20,000 bases of DNA from an uncultured virus (IMG/VR IMGVR_UViG_2724679451_000017). Lineage: Duplodnaviria > Heunggongvirae > Uroviricota > Caudoviricetes. The translations under genes and the position numbers were made by a program. This document shows positions 1 through 7,110 of the stretch, piece by piece. The stretch's first letter is position 1. Every line of letters begins with the position of its first letter. Under the pieces are notes generated by a model. It worked only from the letters and a program-made list of their open reading frames with translations, was not told where the DNA came from and did not search any database. The stretch lies in the IMG/VR virus record IMGVR_UViG_2724679451_000017; one strand, 5' to 3'.

Positions 1-1254
1 TGATGCTGTACCTTTTGTCAGTTCAAAAGCATTGGTTGCATAGTTAACAAACCCTTTCCAAGCAGTATTAATAATACCTGGTACATCTGCAGCAATTAAT
101 GAATCTGTCCACTCTTTAAAATACGGCGCAACTACGGTACCTAGCTTATTCCCAATCCAAGAACCAGCCATACCACCAATTAATGTTCCAACTGGACCAA
201 ATAAAGACCCGACAGTACCACCAATTACTCCACCCGCAAGACTACCAACAGTACCGCCTTTTTCTTGTGTGCTTTGTTCATTCCAATCTAATAATGATGC
301 ACCAGCAGCCAATGCACCTATTACGGGTAGACCACGGCCAAACTTAAGAAATTTACCTAAGCCCTTTCCTAATTTCCCTACACCTTTCTTTCCTTTGCCT
401 AGAGCACCACCTAGAAGCCCACCACCAGCAGATAACACGGAAGTAAGCAATTTCCCTAGAGAACCTAACAAACCACCCTTAGACGCCAAATTATCGGCAA
501 TACGCTGCAATAACTTTATTTGTTTGCGGTTATGGTTCTCTTGTTCACGAGGTAATGGCTCATTTCTCTTTTTACTACGCATCAATCCAGTTAATGGCCG
601 CAAAGCTAATCCTGCTGCACGGCGTACAGGTGAAAGTAAATGACCAACTTCATTGATTGCGTCAACTGTAGGATCTACACCTTGTGTTGAGTTCGGCATT
701 ACTCCTTTAATCGCCGTAGATATCGTTTGGGCAACTTTACGAATTGATGATTGGTTTTGGGGTTCATTAGGGTTTGATACAAAACGGCCTTTTTCGTCAC
801 GCTCTGGTACACTAGGATTTACAATTTTTGATAAGTCATCATGACTATTAATTTCTATAGCTGGTTTTAAACTCTTAGGTTGGTTAATTTGTTTCTTTTC
901 TACAGTCTTAAGGTCATCAACTGATTGCTCCAATACACCTGCAAAGTCTTTGACAAGCTTGTCTGCAACAACAAATGCTTGAGTGATTGGATTTGCTTTT
1001 TCTTTTAATAAATCTTCAAAATCTAAAGTTTGTCTATTATTGACAGCATTAAGCATCTTTTGAAATTCAGTCAGTTTAGGCTGAGGCTGTGCGAGCTGTA
1101 CTTTTTGCTCTTCAAAGCTTTGAGTAAGAATATCTATGATCTTCTCAATATTTGAATCAATCGTACTTACTTTTTTTTCAACTCGTTTCATACCAATAAT
1201 GAAACCAAGTTCATCATAAGATAAAACTGGATTATTGTGATTTGAATCTGTCAT
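1..1254 (-). CDS. Tail tape-measure-like protein, 5' part (runs off the window; absent from the ORF track)
   Basis: ATG at 1254 (MTDSNHNNPVLSYDELGFIIGMKRVEKK...), with the frame reading open to position 1. Helical N-terminus, an RDEKGRF motif, then Gly/Ala/Leu-rich segments (GGLLGSLGKLL, GSLAGGVIGGTVGSLFGPVGTLIGGMAGSWIG) typical of tape measure proteins. Confidence 0.7.
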   Translation of the reverse strand, partial: MTDSNHNNPVLSYDELGFIIGMKRVEKKVSTIDSNIEKIIDILTQSFEEQKVQLAQPQPKLTEFQKMLNAVNNRQTLDFEDLLKEKANPITQAFVVADKLVKDFAGVLEQSVDDLKTVEKKQINQPKSLKPAIEINSHDDLSKIVNPSVPERDEKGRFVSNPNEPQNQSSIRKVAQTISTAIKGVMPNSTQGVDPTVDAINEVGHLLSPVRRAAGLALRPLTGLMRSKKRNEPLPREQENHNRKQIKLLQRIADNLASKGGLLGSLGKLLTSVLSAGGGLLGGALGKGKKGVGKLGKGLGKFLKFGRGLPVIGALAAGASLLDWNEQSTQEKGGTVGSLAGGVIGGTVGSLFGPVGTLIGGMAGSWIGNKLGTVVAPYFKEWTDSLIAADVPGIINTAWKGFVNYATNAFELTKGTAS

Positions 1255-1258
1255 AACA

Positions 1259-1288
1259 AAAATGCCCCATACTGATATAGGGCATTTT
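1259..1288 (-). terminator. Stem-loop / intrinsic terminator overlapping the RBS of the tape-measure-like gene
   Basis: Minus strand AAAATGCCCTATA-TCAG-TATGGGGCATTTT: 13-bp stem with one G-U pair, ending in a T run a few nt before the ATG at 1254. Confidence 0.6.
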
Positions 1289-1336
1289 GAATCATAATTA
1301 TTTTTGAATTTTTAAGTGTTCCAACCAAAAATTTAA

Positions 1337-1600
1337 TTAAAACTTAATCTTTAGAAAATAATTATTATGATCCAAAACATCTAATTCAATTTGGTATCCT
1401 AGATCGATTAGGGACTGTTGTAACTCATTGACTACTGCCATTGTAGCTCTTGATTTTGATAAGGTGAAAGTCATTTCTTTCTGTCCTTTTGCGGCAAGAG
1501 AAGTAATAAATACACCTACTTCTTGTTTCAATTCCTCAAGTGTAGATGGCTGTGCAGATTCTGAGATTTTAGCTGCTTCTGCTGCTGAAATAAGGGTCAT
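1337..1600 (-). CDS. Phage hypothetical protein (87 aa)
   Basis: Clean ORF with ATG start and GAG upstream, co-oriented with neighbours; no recognisable motif. Confidence 0.75.
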   Translation of the reverse strand: MTLISAAEAAKISESAQPSTLEELKQEVGVFITSLAAKGQKEMTFTLSKSRATMAVVNELQQSLIDLGYQIELDVLDHNNYFLKIKF

Positions 1601-1715
1601 AACTTAATACTCTATTTAATTAATGATTTTAAGCACTTTGTAAAATATAAATGCCACATGCATTATAATTAATAGAAAGATAATAATTTCAATGGTGTAA
1701 AGTTTTATATAAAAT

Positions 1716-2552
1716 CTATTCATTTTTATCATCTGGCTCTACTTCACCTGCTTCAATTAGCGCTAACTTACGCATAAACGCCTCTTCTTTTTTCTTCTTC
1801 ATATTAGCTTTAGCGATTGCCATTCTTTCTTCAGCACCCGAAATAACAGAACTACGCCGTGCTTGAACTTCCGACTGGTCTTTAAGATCATCTACATCTA
1901 AGCCCCAGAACATTGCTTCTGTCTTGGCAATGTTAGAAATGCTGATACTTTGCTTAACGTTTAAATCTACAACTTGACATATAAGTCCCATCTTGAACTT
2001 GACTAATGCTAATTGTTCCTCAGTTGGATTATTTAAATTCAGTACTTCATCTCTAATATGAATAACACTATCGATAGTGTCTGTAATTAACTCTCCAAGC
2101 TTATGAGCTCTTATACGGTTGTTTTTGACAACCAAAGCTGACTTTAGATAGTTCTCGTTGACTGTAGAACGGCCACCGTTGTTATGACCACTATTTTTTG
2201 AGTTTTGACTATTAAATTCAGCAATATTTGACGTTTTTTTGACAGAATTTTGACTATTACTTTTTACAGTTTTTTCAGTATCTTGTGTATCTTCTTGACC
2301 ATTGTTTTTTTTGGTCAATTTTTTAATCTCTTTATTAAGCTCCTGAGCTGTCTTTTTGACTAGAGATTTAGCTTTCTTTTTCCATTTCTCCGCAAGTGCT
2401 TTACGGCGTACAACGGATGGCGAAGGCATCTCACAACCGAGTTCTTCGCCAACCTGATCAACTAAACCTTGCCACGTAATCTTAGGAGAAGATTCATAGA
2501 CTTCTTTTAGCCGGTTCCAAATTTCTTCCGAGTATTCAATCTTGCGAGCCAT
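1716..2552 (-). CDS. HTH-containing protein, possible terminase small subunit
   Basis: N-terminal HTH-like segment (YSEEIWNRLKEVYE...SPSVVRRKALAEKWKK), low-complexity linker and helical C-terminus. Located at the early/late junction. The function is an inference. Confidence 0.5.
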   Translation of the reverse strand: MARKIEYSEEIWNRLKEVYESSPKITWQGLVDQVGEELGCEMPSPSVVRRKALAEKWKKKAKSLVKKTAQELNKEIKKLTKKNNGQEDTQDTEKTVKSNSQNSVKKTSNIAEFNSQNSKNSGHNNGGRSTVNENYLKSALVVKNNRIRAHKLGELITDTIDSVIHIRDEVLNLNNPTEEQLALVKFKMGLICQVVDLNVKQSISISNIAKTEAMFWGLDVDDLKDQSEVQARRSSVISGAEERMAIAKANMKKKKEEAFMRKLALIEAGEVEPDDKNE

Positions 2553-2565
2553 TAAAGTCTATCCC

Positions 2566-3252
2566 TTATTCAGTAAATAGACCTATTTGTTTTACTTCAG
2601 CTATAGCTTGTTGCTGTAAAGAAGCCTTGCTAAAACGTTTTTTATTTTGGATCAGATCAATTAGAGCTTTTTGCTGTAAATCGTTCTCTTCGCGTTGGAA
2701 TACATCATCGATAGCCATTTCTAAGTTACGGATTTGTTTCGCACGATTTTGTTCACACTCACGCACTATACGCATGAGGGTGTGAAGTTCAGGTAAAACC
2801 TTTTCTTGGATAGACTGTTCTTGAGATAAACATGCTTGAATAAGCCCCTTTGAGGCTTCAAGTAACTCAACCGTTAAGGCTTTAGGGAAAGAAGTAATAT
2901 GCTGTGCCGCAGCCATACTCAATTGAAATGCCATAGCTTGAGTATATTCACTCATCATTTCACCAAGACTGTTAAACAGAATACCTGCTACAGAAGCTGT
3001 TTTATCTAGTTCCGGTTCAATCGTAAAACCAAGAATCCAGTCAGCTGAAACACCATATTTTTGACATAGCAAAGAAAGTAATTCTGCATCTGGCATTAAC
3101 TTACCATTTTCGATTTCACTCATTCGATTTTTATGCGGTGTACCGAATATTTCTAATGCTACGTCTTCTTGACGTAATTGAGCCATGTCACGCGCCATTG
3201 CAAGTTTTCTTCCGATAAGTACTCGACGTTGCAAATCGCTCTTTTTCGCCAT
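2566..3252 (-). CDS. XRE-family HTH transcriptional regulator with extended helical C-terminus
   Basis: IGRKLAMARDMAQLRQEDVA...RMSEIENGKLMPDAELLSLLCQKYGVSADWILG is a canonical HTH_XRE pattern. Confidence 0.85.
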   Translation of the reverse strand: MAKKSDLQRRVLIGRKLAMARDMAQLRQEDVALEIFGTPHKNRMSEIENGKLMPDAELLSLLCQKYGVSADWILGFTIEPELDKTASVAGILFNSLGEMMSEYTQAMAFQLSMAAAQHITSFPKALTVELLEASKGLIQACLSQEQSIQEKVLPELHTLMRIVRECEQNRAKQIRNLEMAIDDVFQREENDLQQKALIDLIQNKKRFSKASLQQQAIAEVKQIGLFTE

Positions 3253-3942
3253 TTAAATGCTTCTCCCAGCTAACCAATCAAAATCTACAGTTTTTGACAA
3301 CCAATCAGTTTCATCAGTAAAAACGCACGAAAGCCAGACACAACCCTCTTCACATGGTTCTGCCAGCTTAATTTGTTCACTTATGAAAATATTGTCGTCT
3401 TTGAATAACAAGCCATCACCTTTGACACTATCAATTAGTAGTTTTGGATAGTTATCAATATCAAATCGTGGATAAGTTTTAGCGCTGTAAGAACGAGTTT
3501 TAAGTGGTGGCTGAACAATTAACCGTATTTCACAAAGTTGATCGATAGCTTTTAACTTAAGTGCTCTAAACATAGGTCCATATTGTTTTTGAACCTTGTC
3601 CTTATACTTTTTAGCACCTACTGAAAGACTATTTCTTTGCTTTCCGTTCTGATCAATTGTAGCCCGCCAAATCTCGTTAGCGCTTAATCCATAAGGCAAT
3701 TTGATTGTGATGTATTGCTTACCAAAAATGATAACACCACCTGTACTTCCCCTATACACACTATTTTCACCATCATTTTCTTTTTCTACATGGCACGGGA
3801 AAAACACATGTTTATTTGAGCTAGCTTTATGCTTTTTAACTTTGTTATTACCTGATGAAACACTGAAATCCTTAAAGAATTCCTGTCTTTTATTATTGGA
3901 GAAAAACTCGCTCCACTGACGGCGGTTACTTTTTTTAATCAT
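3253..3942 (-). CDS. rusA: RusA-family Holliday junction resolvase with N-terminal extension
   Basis: LPYGLSANEIWR, DIDNYPKLLIDSVKG and FKDDNI match the RusA catalytic motifs (DxDNxxK...D...DD). Confidence 0.85.
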   Translation of the reverse strand: MIKKSNRRQWSEFFSNNKRQEFFKDFSVSSGNNKVKKHKASSNKHVFFPCHVEKENDGENSVYRGSTGGVIIFGKQYITIKLPYGLSANEIWRATIDQNGKQRNSLSVGAKKYKDKVQKQYGPMFRALKLKAIDQLCEIRLIVQPPLKTRSYSAKTYPRFDIDNYPKLLIDSVKGDGLLFKDDNIFISEQIKLAEPCEEGCVWLSCVFTDETDWLSKTVDFDWLAGRSI

Positions 3943-3949
3943 AACGACC

Positions 3950-3997
3950 TCAAATCAAGCAAGTAAGATTTACATAAACTTGAAGCTCTTCTTGCAT
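3950..3997 (-). CDS. Putative 15-aa leader ORF (MQEELQVYVNLTCLI)
   Basis: AAGGA lies 7 nt upstream of the ATG; its TGA overlaps the GAGGT RBS of rusA. Confidence 0.35.
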   Translation of the reverse strand: MQEELQVYVNLTCLI

Positions 3998-4193
3998 GAC
4001 ATAATCCTTAAAAACACTTAGTTCCAGAATTATTAACCGTTAGATTTATTTAGAAGTACCCTTGTTCCAATTCATTATTTTTGTTTGTAAAAAAATGCTC
4101 TCTTTTATATATGCAAAATATATTGATCCTCAAAAAAACATCGAGCTGGTCCTACTTACCAATGTGTCAGCACTTTTAGGATAGGGGCCCCTA

Positions 4194-4277
4194 TCATTTC
4201 CTTCTTTTTAGTAATTTAATATCCAAACCCTTTTTACGTAGGATTTGCATCACACACCAAAATTTTAAAGGCCACAT
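4194..4277 (-). CDS. Putative 27-aa cationic peptide (MWPLKFWCVMQILRKKGLDIKLLKRRK)
   Basis: AGGGA just upstream of the ATG and a minus-strand TATAAT at 4291-4296; 9 K/R against 1 D. Confidence 0.3.
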   Translation of the reverse strand: MWPLKFWCVMQILRKKGLDIKLLKRRK

Positions 4278-4474
4278 CTAGTTTCCCTTTATTATAAAAT
4301 TATTACCTAGGGGTTGTTTAGAAATCTAAAACTTTTATAACTCTTACTCAGAAATTCTCTTTTTCATCAACCATAAATTACATAAAATATTATATTTATC
4401 CACAACTTAAATAAGCTTGATTCTTTAATTGATAAACTCACTAGAATAATATTTCTTAAAATAATAGGAGTATA

Positions 4475-4503
4475 TTGACAGAAAAAAGCTAAAATATTAC
4501 TCT
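4475..4503 (+). promoter_or_regulatory. Sigma70-type promoter
   Basis: TTGACA (4475-4480), 17-nt spacer, TACTCT (4498-4503), directly upstream of the 31-aa ORF. Confidence 0.6.
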
Positions 4504-4536
4504 CTAAAAGTTTTCTTCATAAAAAAGCATCAAAAA

Positions 4537-4632
4537 ATGAAAACTATCATCGTAGCTTTTGTACTCTCAGCAATTTTGATCATTCTATCATTTTTATTTT
4601 ACATGATTATAAAAACCCATTATAAGAAATAA
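4537..4632 (+). CDS. Small single-pass membrane peptide (31 aa, MKTIIVAFVLSAILIILSFLFYMIIKTHYKK)
   Basis: Uninterrupted hydrophobic run of about 22 residues with a basic C-terminus; promoter upstream and hairpin downstream. SD is weak. Confidence 0.6.
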   Translation: MKTIIVAFVLSAILIILSFLFYMIIKTHYKK

Positions 4633-4641
4633 CAAAGAATT

Positions 4642-4674
4642 AAAAAAGCTCATTTCCGAACCAGAAATGAGCTT
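4642..4674 (-). terminator. Intrinsic terminator (U-tract on the minus strand; possibly bidirectional)
   Basis: AAGCTCATTTC (4646-4656) / GAAATGAGCTT (4664-4674) perfect stem; A run at 4642-4647. Confidence 0.75.
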
Positions 4675-4904
4675 ATGAAATCCACATAAACCTGAAATAC
4701 TAAGTATGGCTACTTAGCAATATTAAATTAAATGAATTTCTTTGAAGAATCAATATTTTTTTTAAAAAAGTATCTAAAAAAATTTAAAATTATTACAAAT
4801 ATTATAATTATAGCTTTTAGCAAAGTTAATTTCTTTGCTGCTACAAAAAAGTAAAAGTTCAAAAAGAATAAAACTTCTAAAATTAGTTAACGGGACTAAG
4901 AAAA

Positions 4905-5360
4905 CTATTTTTTAAAAGTTGCTTTATAATGTTTGGAATTAAAATAATTTACAATCTCTTCCCCATTATTTTGATTTTTTTCTAAATTTAAGGTTAAAAA
5001 ATCTAATTCCGATTCCAAATTTATAAACTCGGGAATATATTCTTTGATAGGAGGGGGTGGCTTAGGGCCCCCTTCAGTAATTTTTTGAATAAACCCAGCT
5101 AACCATAAAATGTATTCTTCTCTTAAATTATAAGAAGGAATCAAACTTACATCAATCTTTACCTTACAATCATTTTTACTTTTACTCAGTACTTCATTGA
5201 AATCAATAAAATTATATTTCAGCTTATATTCTGTACCCTTAATTTCTTTTCGAATCACCTTCATAAGAATATACATATTTTCTAAAACATCTTTAGAAAA
5301 TAGTTTTTCATTTTTCATTTTTTTGTAAATAGTCTCAGCAAGAAAAAGATATTGTGGCAT
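4905..5360 (-). CDS. AT-rich accessory (moron-like) protein, 151 aa, unknown function
   Basis: Clean ORF with its own promoter, insulated by terminators on both sides; GGPKPPPP motif. Confidence 0.75.
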   Translation of the reverse strand: MPQYLFLAETIYKKMKNEKLFSKDVLENMYILMKVIRKEIKGTEYKLKYNFIDFNEVLSKSKNDCKVKIDVSLIPSYNLREEYILWLAGFIQKITEGGPKPPPPIKEYIPEFINLESELDFLTLNLEKNQNNGEEIVNYFNSKHYKATFKK

Positions 5361-5397
5361 GTTACAAATTCCATTTCATAATTTCCTCTTATTCTAT

Positions 5398-5426
5398 AAT
5401 ATAGAATTATTAAATTAATATTACAA
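5398..5426 (-). promoter_or_regulatory. Sigma70-type promoter for the 151-aa gene
   Basis: Minus strand TTGTAA (5426-5421), 17 nt, TATATT (5403-5398). The -10 sits inside an ATTCTAT-N3-ATAGAAT inverted repeat (5391-5407). Confidence 0.5.
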
Positions 5427-5495
5427 GAATTTACTCAAAGTTTTTTATTTTAAATTTTGAAGTAATATCAAAATATTAAGATAGTAATTCCTAAT

Positions 5496-5529
5496 AAAAA
5501 GGTCTATTTCTTTTTTAAGAAATAGACCT
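5496..5529 (-). terminator. Intrinsic terminator ending the leftward early operon
   Basis: AGGTCTATTTCTT (5500-5512) / AAGAAATAGACCT (5517-5529) perfect 13-bp stem with a T-tract on the minus strand. Confidence 0.8.
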
Positions 5530-5618
5530 AGCGAAAAAAGCGCTCAAACCTAAAAATGGCTGATTTAGTATTAGCTGCCCTTATTCAAGTTGGTACTATT
5601 AAGTAATTTAGAAAATGC

Positions 5619-5819
5619 TCAATTAACCTCTCTCTTTAAATTTCTCTGCTTCCATCTAGTCCCTACATCTTATGAAATGGACCCCATATTGCATTCATAT
5701 TCTTGAGCTGCTTCTCTTCGTAGTTAAGCCTTTTTCTGATTAGCTTGAACTTGGGTCGGGGTTAGCTTGTTTGGATTGTATTTTTTTGAGCGTTTTTTGC
5801 TGGTTGCTTTAGATTTCAT
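5619..5819 (-). pseudogene. Degraded phage gene
   Basis: ATGA-coupled start at 5819: MKSKATSKKRSKKYNPNKLTPTQVQANQKKA, TAA at 5724-5726, then the frame continues protein-like (LRREAAQEYECNMGSIS*) with further stops. Confidence 0.55.
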
Positions 5820-6349
5820 TTGCACCCACCCCCTTTAGCTCTTAACTTTTCAGCAACTAAACGATCAGCTACACGCTTAACTCGATTCCAAACAAAGTTG
5901 TGATCAATTTCAGAACGACCTTGATAAATACGTTCAAGTTGAAATGCCGTAACTGAATAATCCACTTCTAAGGCCAGTAAATCCCAATCTTCATTAAAAG
6001 CTGTAGCGTAGGGAGTCAATTGGCTTTTCTGTGCCAAAATACGCAATTGGCGAGCATCTGGACCACGTTTTACAACTGGTTTTGGCTTAGATTTGATTAA
6101 ACCAGTGGAAAGCGCCCATTCAACACAAGTTTCGCAACGACAACATAAACGCTTATACATAGGTCCTGTGCCGTGAGGCATATTGAGATCACGCCCTATA
6201 GACTCAACGTGTCGAATTTTATTACCAGGATGTTTCAGCCATTTCTTAACTGCTTTTTCTAATGCTTTTCGCTCCTTAGATTTAGCTGCTACGTTTGAGT
6301 AAGCAACTAATGCATATTCAGATTTTTTCATATCAACAAATGCGTTCAC
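5816..6349 (-). CDS. Phage hypothetical protein (177 aa) with H...CRCETC putative metal-binding motif
   Basis: ATGA-coupled to the DnaC-like gene; PHGT...CCRCETC. Confidence 0.75.
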   Translation of the reverse strand: MNAFVDMKKSEYALVAYSNVAAKSKERKALEKAVKKWLKHPGNKIRHVESIGRDLNMPHGTGPMYKRLCCRCETCVEWALSTGLIKSKPKPVVKRGPDARQLRILAQKSQLTPYATAFNEDWDLLALEVDYSVTAFQLERIYQGRSEIDHNFVWNRVKRVADRLVAEKLRAKGGGCK

Positions 6350-7110
6350 TGTGCTTTACCTCCACCTATACGAGCATCATCCCAATCACATTCCACAATA
6401 TCTAAGCCATCATGTTGAAATCTTGACCAAAGCCGGTCCCCAAGATCTTCGCGGACCTCAGAAAGACTTAGGTTTGAAATCACAACTGTTGGCTTCAACT
6501 CGTCATAACGAGTGAGTAGAACCTTATGAACACTCTCAAGAAGTTGAGGACGTTTTTCAGCACGGTCATGTAAACCGTATTCATCAATAATTAATAAATC
6601 TTTTTTTACATAGCGTTTTAGCGCTTCATCTTCACTATCACCGCTACGGCGATAGGCACCCGCGATATCTTCAGCTAGATCTGCAGACGTAATGTAAATA
6701 GCTTCCCAGTTCTTAATGATGATATTTTTCAGAATTGATGAACCTAGATGTGTTTTACCCGTACCAGTACGGCCGACAAGAAGTAAATTTCGAAAAACAC
6801 CTGAATTGAAATCCATAGTGAACTTTTCACAAGTTTTACGAGCTTTGTCTTGTCCTTTGTGAGTTACTGCATAGTTGCTAAAGCCGCTATTTACATGTCT
6901 TTTAGGGATACCAGCTCGAGCCATTTTCAAATTTAAAATACGAATATTCTTATCGCTTTCATATTTTTCATTTGACTGCTTCATGATTTTTTCAACACAA
7001 GACTGACAAACGATTCGACCATGTACATTGATCATCTGTTCTTTGTGGATTTTACAGATCTGGTTTGTATGGGAAATTTTATATTCCAATTTTTGAGGCA
7101 CTGCGTTCAT
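6346..7110 (-). CDS. DnaC/IstB-like AAA+ ATPase (helicase loader)
   Basis: Walker A GRTGTGKT, Walker B LLIIDE, TVVISNL, LGDRLWSR; N-terminal CKIH...CQSC zinc motif; follows the initiator. Confidence 0.92.
   Translation of the reverse strand: MNAVPQKLEYKISHTNQICKIHKEQMINVHGRIVCQSCVEKIMKQSNEKYESDKNIRILNLKMARAGIPKRHVNSGFSNYAVTHKGQDKARKTCEKFTMDFNSGVFRNLLLVGRTGTGKTHLGSSILKNIIIKNWEAIYITSADLAEDIAGAYRRSGDSEDEALKRYVKKDLLIIDEYGLHDRAEKRPQLLESVHKVLLTRYDELKPTVVISNLSLSEVREDLGDRLWSRFQHDGLDIVECDWDDARIGGGKAQ

Noticed and set aside
269..844. Plus-strand ORFs of 124 aa and 63 aa
   Set aside because: Antisense shadows of the Gly-rich tape-measure-like gene; the Pro-rich content mirrors Gly codons, and there is no RBS.
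1651..1663. ATGC-CACAT-GCAT as a sixth CI operator
   Set aside because: The spacer is 5 nt, while all five real sites have 6; probably chance in AT-rich DNA.
4467..4492. GGAG followed by TTG mini-ORF
   Set aside because: Only 5 codons; the TTG is better explained as the -35 hexamer TTGACA.
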